Shown here: one piece after another, positions 59,559 to 64,000 of the stretch
How the letters are laid out: every line of letters starts with the position of its first letter
Numbering within the stretch: the stretch's first letter is position 1
NCBI GenBank assembly: GCA_004431415.1
Contig: QPMI01000399.1
Span: 124,001-188,000 of the forward strand
Direction: 5' to 3'
DNA from: Cyanophora paradoxa CCMP329
Lineage: Eukaryota; Plantae; Glaucophyta
DNA length: 64,000 nt
Notes under the pieces: model-generated
Seen by the model: only the letters and a program-made list of their open reading frames with translations
Databases searched by the model: none
Told to the model about the DNA's origin: nothing
Program-made: the position numbers and the translations under genes

Positions 59559-59683
59559 TAGGGACGTCTGCTCTGTCCTCGGGGGAGCGTCGCGGAAAGA
59601 ACAGGCTGGCTGAGGCTGGCACTCAGGCTGCAAAGGGCGGGGTACACGAGAGCTTGCAAATTTGGGGTACACGAGAACCAAAC

Positions 59684-61527
59684 ATGCTCTTGCGCAGCGC
59701 GGCTGCGGCGGGCCGCGCGGCGGTCGGCGCGCGGCCATCGATACTGCAAGCTGGTTTGTGACCTCCTTCCCGCTTACAGTCGGTTCGCCGTTGATGCGCA
59801 GTGCAGGGCACCCGGAGCTGCCCGCGGTGCAGTGGAAGCGCTGGAGCTCGAGCGCCGGCCAACCACCCGATGCGATCGGGGAAACGACGGAAGGCGCTAG
59901 CGGCGATGCTCCGGTCTCGGCCACGTCGCCCGTGCAGAAAGCAGACCGGCCCCTGGGCCGCGCGTTCGTCGCCAACTACATCCAAGGGGGCGTGAACGTG
60001 AGCGAGGAGCAGGCGGCCGGGCGATCCTTCCACGAGGTGAAAAGCCCGCCAGCATCGCGATGCGCTGCATGCGCTCAGACGCCGGCGCCCCGCAGCTCGC
60101 CTTCCCAGACAAGTGCTACAACAAGGACACGGGAGAGCTCGACATCGGCGCGCTGCCGGATTCGAGCGTCAAGCGGCACGTCCTGCCGGCGTGGCGGAGG
60201 GCCGCCCGCCGCTTCATTGAGACCCGAGAGTGGATTCAGACGGACTTCGTGTACCGGTGGGCTCTCCTCTCACCGCGCCGCCGCGCGCAGCACAGAGCGG
60301 ACGGGGGGGTCGCAGGAGGGGCCACGTGGTGCACGTCGCGCTGGACGAGGCGGAGCAGCAGTGGCGGGTGGTGGAGGGCGGCTCCTCGGGCACGCCGGGC
60401 GGCTGGCGGCCGGACGCGGAGTACTTCCCGGCGGCGGCGGACGGGCGGCAGCACGTGATGCCGGAGCCGCTCTTCCGCTTCCTGAAGCAGCTGGCGCTGG
60501 AGCGGGCGGCGCGGCGGGCCGGCCTGGCGGACGACGCCGGCTTCGACCCGGAGACGCCGGGGTCGGTGGAGGAGGCGCGGGCGCGCGGGGAGACGTTCGA
60601 CGAGTACGTGCTCGCCTCGTTCGACATGCCGCGGCTGCGGGACCCCGAGGAGGGCGCCGACGAGGAGGCCCGCGAGCTCGCCGAGGAGGACGAGGAGGGC
60701 GCCCAGGAGCCCCAGTGGGTCGACTACGCCATCCAGGACGCCGACCTGCCGCCCTCGATGCTCTTCGGCGCGGAGGAGGCGGCCGGGGCGCCCCCCGAGG
60801 CGGTCGCGGAGGCCGTCCCCCCGGGCTCGGACCCCGCCGCCGAGGAGGCCCTCGACGCCGAGGCCGACTACGGTGCCCGCCGCCCCGCGCGCCGCCGGCC
60901 GGGCGCGGGGCGACGGGGCGCGGGGCGGCGGGGCGCGCAGTGCGGGCGGGGCTGGCGAAGCGGCGGGCCGAGGCGGTGATGGACTACCGGGCGGAGCTCG
61001 AGTCGGGGGAGTTCGGGCTGGACGAGGCGGAGGAGGTCGAGCGCGAGGAGGCGCTCCGCGAGGGCCAGCTCGCCCAGTACCTCCTCGACGTGCGCCGCAC
61101 CACCAACCAGACCAAGTCCGGCAAGGTCTCCCGCTACGCCGCCCTCGTCGTCGTCGGTGCCGCCCCGCCCCTCCCGTCCCCCCCGCCTTGCCTCACGGCC
61201 CGCAGGCAACGGGCGGGGCCTGGTGGGGTACGCCGTGGGCAAGGGCGCCGAGCCCGAGGTGGCGGTGGAGCGGGCGTACCGCAAGGCGGAGACGCGGATG
61301 TTCCACATCGACCTTGACCCCGGCGGCGTTCTTCCCCACTCCGTCCTCGGCAACTACGTGCAGACCAAGGCACCCGCCACCCCGGCACCCCTTTCCACCA
61401 CGCGACCCGTAACCCCGGCACCCGCAGGTTGTGATCACGTCGAGCCCGTGGGAGCTGCCAGTGTGCGCTGGGGGAGGGAGGGAGGGAGGGGGGAGGGAGG
61501 GAGGGGGGGGGGGGGGGGGGGGGGTGT

Positions 61528-61559
<32 letters not shown>

Positions 61560-61845
61560 GGAGAACGGGATGTGTGTCGACAGGATGGCTGACGGGGCGG
61601 CCTTCAGGGCGCACGAGGCGGTGCATGCAGTGCTCGATGGTGCAGGCGTCAAGTTCTGCACGGCAAAGATTGTCGGCTCCCGTAACGTTCAGAACGTCGT
61701 CCGCTCGACCATTCATGGCCTTCTTCAGTGCCGCTCTGCCGAGACCCGCTCCCGCGAGGCTGGCAGATACATTCCCCCCAACAAGTTTTGCCTTCACGTC
61801 CGCCACCTTGCTACCCCCTCCACATGCTGCACCTGCCAACTGTAG
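59684..61845 (+). CDS. MRPS5: Mitochondrial ribosomal protein uS5m with long N-terminal extension
   Basis: Arg/Ala-rich presequence; LLDVRRTTNQTKSGKVSRYAALVVVGNGRGLVGYAVGKG..AVERAYRKA; AVLDGAGVK..AKIVGSRNVQNVVRSTIHGL. Confidence 0.88.
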
Positions 61846-61949
61846 CTGCAGGTGGCGGGACAGGCAGAGCAAGAGTTGCTGGCAGTTCCGGCGTCATAAA
61901 TTGCTCGACAAAAGGGAGCAAGAACAGCAAAATGGCATAGCAGACAGTG

Positions 61950-63399
61950 TCATTCGGCTACTTCCGGAAGCTTCTGAATCTCTTTCAACAAGAGTTCCTT
62001 TTCCTCATTAAACTGCTCATCTTCTGCTTGGAGTGTGGTGTGAGCAGGATGAAGTGTGCCTGCACAGTGCAGCTACCTTTGTCCTGTTGAAAGGATTGCA
62101 GGAAGACCAGAAGCTTTGACCGGTTTTTGCAGAGAATATCCCGAATCGGCTGGGTCTTGTTTGGGTTCGCCACGAATATCTGCAAGCAAGCCCAGAAAGG
62201 ATGGGCACCAGAAACAAGTGGGACATGAGAGGAAGTAACCTTGAAGACGTGAAATGCCTCGAACTGAATGCTCTTGCTCTTGTCCCGGAGTAAAATCATC
62301 ATCAGTTTGAGATTGTCCACGTTGCCAATGAAACGAGTCATCACAGAGAAGTTAGCGCGGTCCAGGAGAAGTTCCCCGAGGAGCTGCGCCTGGTGTTTGA
62401 CGAGGCGAGAAACATGCCTCGAGAAGGATGACACCTTCAAAGACTGCCTCCGTGTGACGTAGTTTTGAGAGTTCAGAAGGCCCGTGTATGCATTGAAGAA
62501 CTCTTCGAAATTGTCCTCGAGATACTTTGCAATAAGTGTCTTGTGCTTAGTCAAGAGCTCCTGTTGTCTTGCAGTCAGAGGAGAAGTCGCAAAGAGACAA
62601 AAAACGGCTTGCACCTTGAAGGTGGCGAAGGCATCAGATGCAACGTCAAAAGCTGTTATCTCCACAAAATGGAAAAACTTGTACATCAGCTCGGGCTCCA
62701 GTAGTGCTCGACACATCTGTTCGCTGCGTATACATTCTCGCAGCATAGATCCGCAGTTGAGGGCGATGTCTTGATTGTTGTACCTGTAGCTTGATCAAGT
62801 CTTCATCATGTGTACTGTAAGGAGGGGCGAACCCATCCACGAGCATCGCAAGAATTCGACGTTCGCCTGGTGATCTCAGCACGTAATCGGCCCATGAAAC
62901 GGATCCTTGACTATGCCGACGGAGGAGCGAGTTGAAAATTTGAGCGACATCTTTCCGGGCCTTGAAGGCGGTTACTAAGTTCAAAGCTGAGCTCAACCCG
63001 CTGCAGCTGAGCTCACCTCAAACCCGAAATAGGAAAGGTTCTCTATCAGATCTAGAATCAAATTATCCCTGTGCAGCTCCGCGGCAAGCTGTAGTATTCC
63101 ATGAGCGCGAGTGTGCCCGCAGCCGCAAGTTACGCGAGGCACCTGTGACACGATCTCAACGCTTGGAGCGCTCTCGCCGTCGCCTAGAAGGGCTGTCTTG
63201 ATCGCCGTCAAGGCTTTGGAGACCTCGTCAGACCCCTGCGAGGAACGTTAATCGAAGCCCTTGGCCGGGGCGCGCGCCAGACCTTCGGATCTGCCTTTTT
63301 CGAAATCGCCTCGACCGCGCTCTTTAGCGCTGCAACGAGCTCGGGAGGCGTGCGCTTTCGATCTGAGCGGAAGAGGCCCAGGAAGGCCGAAGATGCCAT
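61950..63399 (-). CDS. CAB39: MO25/Hym1 family scaffold (calcium-binding protein 39)
   Basis: [86 protein letters not shown]. Confidence 0.97.
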
Positions 63400-63605
63400 C
63401 AAATGCCTTCGTTACAGGCACGTACAAGCGGCCCGAACCAAGTTGGCCGACTCGCAGCGAAGAACGAGCTGCACCCTTACCGCCCCAAAGGCCCCCTCTC
63501 CCGCCCCCACCCCCCTCCCACCCCCCCCCCCCCCCCCCTCCCTCGAGCTCCCCACCCTCCCCGGCCCTCGGATTCAAATATCGATTCGGCTTTGAACTTC
63601 CAGCG

Positions 63606-64000
63606 ATGTCCGGCAGCAGCGACGACAAAGAGACCGTCGTCGACAACGCAGCCGCCAATGACGACGAGCACAGCATCGTCGACATGGATGATGTCCGGCA
63701 GAGCAACATACGGGACCTGATGAAGCTTATACGGGTCCGATGTTCAGATGCTTATACGAACCCTTGCCGCGTTCTAAACGCCCTTAGGCCTTTGGCGGCG
63801 GGAGTACCGACGTTTCCAGGAAGACGCCGGGGCGCCGCAAGCGTACCGACACTGAAGAGGGGAGTGATTCGCGGGAGGAGGCCAAGCCGCGTCGTCGTAG
63901 CGCTCGTCTGGTCGGCAAGGTTCGCCCGTCGTGTTCCCGCCAAATTGCAGCTGTGGGGTCGATCGAGCGATCCCAGGTCTCGACCGCGGTTCCTGAGCAG
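63606..64000 (+). CDS. 5' end of a hypothetical (probably nuclear) protein, runs off window
   Basis: MSGSSDDKETVVDN..VRQSNIRDLMKLIR, then a GT-AG intron, then AFGGG..GRRKRT..KPRRRSARL. Confidence 0.45.
   Translation, partial: MSGSSDDKETVVDNAAANDDEHSIVDMDDVRQSNIRDLMKLIRVRCSDAYTNPCRVLNALRPLAAGVPTFPGRRRGAASVPTLKRGVIRGRRPSRVVVALVWSARFARRVPAKLQLWGRSSDPRSRPRFLS

Noticed and set aside
61490-61560. Long poly-G/C tracts (also 26841-26880, 27287-27310, 63505-63540) as functional G-quadruplex elements
   Set aside because: Homopolymer lengths are unreliable and may be sequencing or assembly artefacts. There is no independent support.

Overview
GC-rich eukaryotic (protist/algal) nuclear DNA with many ~45-65 nt spliceosomal introns. 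IFT80, DAW1, HCCS, an RWP-RK domain and an LCIB-family gene suggest a flagellated alga; a glaucophyte such as Cyanophora is plausible but is inference only. Two zones are visible. (1) About 1-28.8 kb is a nested transposon cluster. A Helitron-type PIF1 helicase ORF (minus strand) is broken into three pieces by three unrelated-looking TIR element families, whose ends all start with TA and carry short subterminal repeat arrays. One 5.3 kb element has 56-bp TIRs and a clean 5-bp TSD, and removing it restores the helicase frame. Another element carries an ORF that begins with a histone H3 N-terminal tail mimic lacking K9. Downstream of the helicase are a degraded AWS-SET-postSET methyltransferase gene and a degraded class-III-aminotransferase-like gene. 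(2) About 31-64 kb is compact host gene territory: a GT10 fucosyltransferase, IFT80, a tandem-domain unknown protein, a catalytically degenerate LCIB/theta-CA homolog, LSM7, HCCS, DAW1, an ankyrin/coiled-coil protein, PRP16/DHX38, OST4, mitochondrial uS5 and MO25/CAB39. It also holds an odd insertion at about 41-44 kb and unusually many GC-AG introns. All calls come from manual reading and motif recall, with no database searches, and exon boundaries are approximate.
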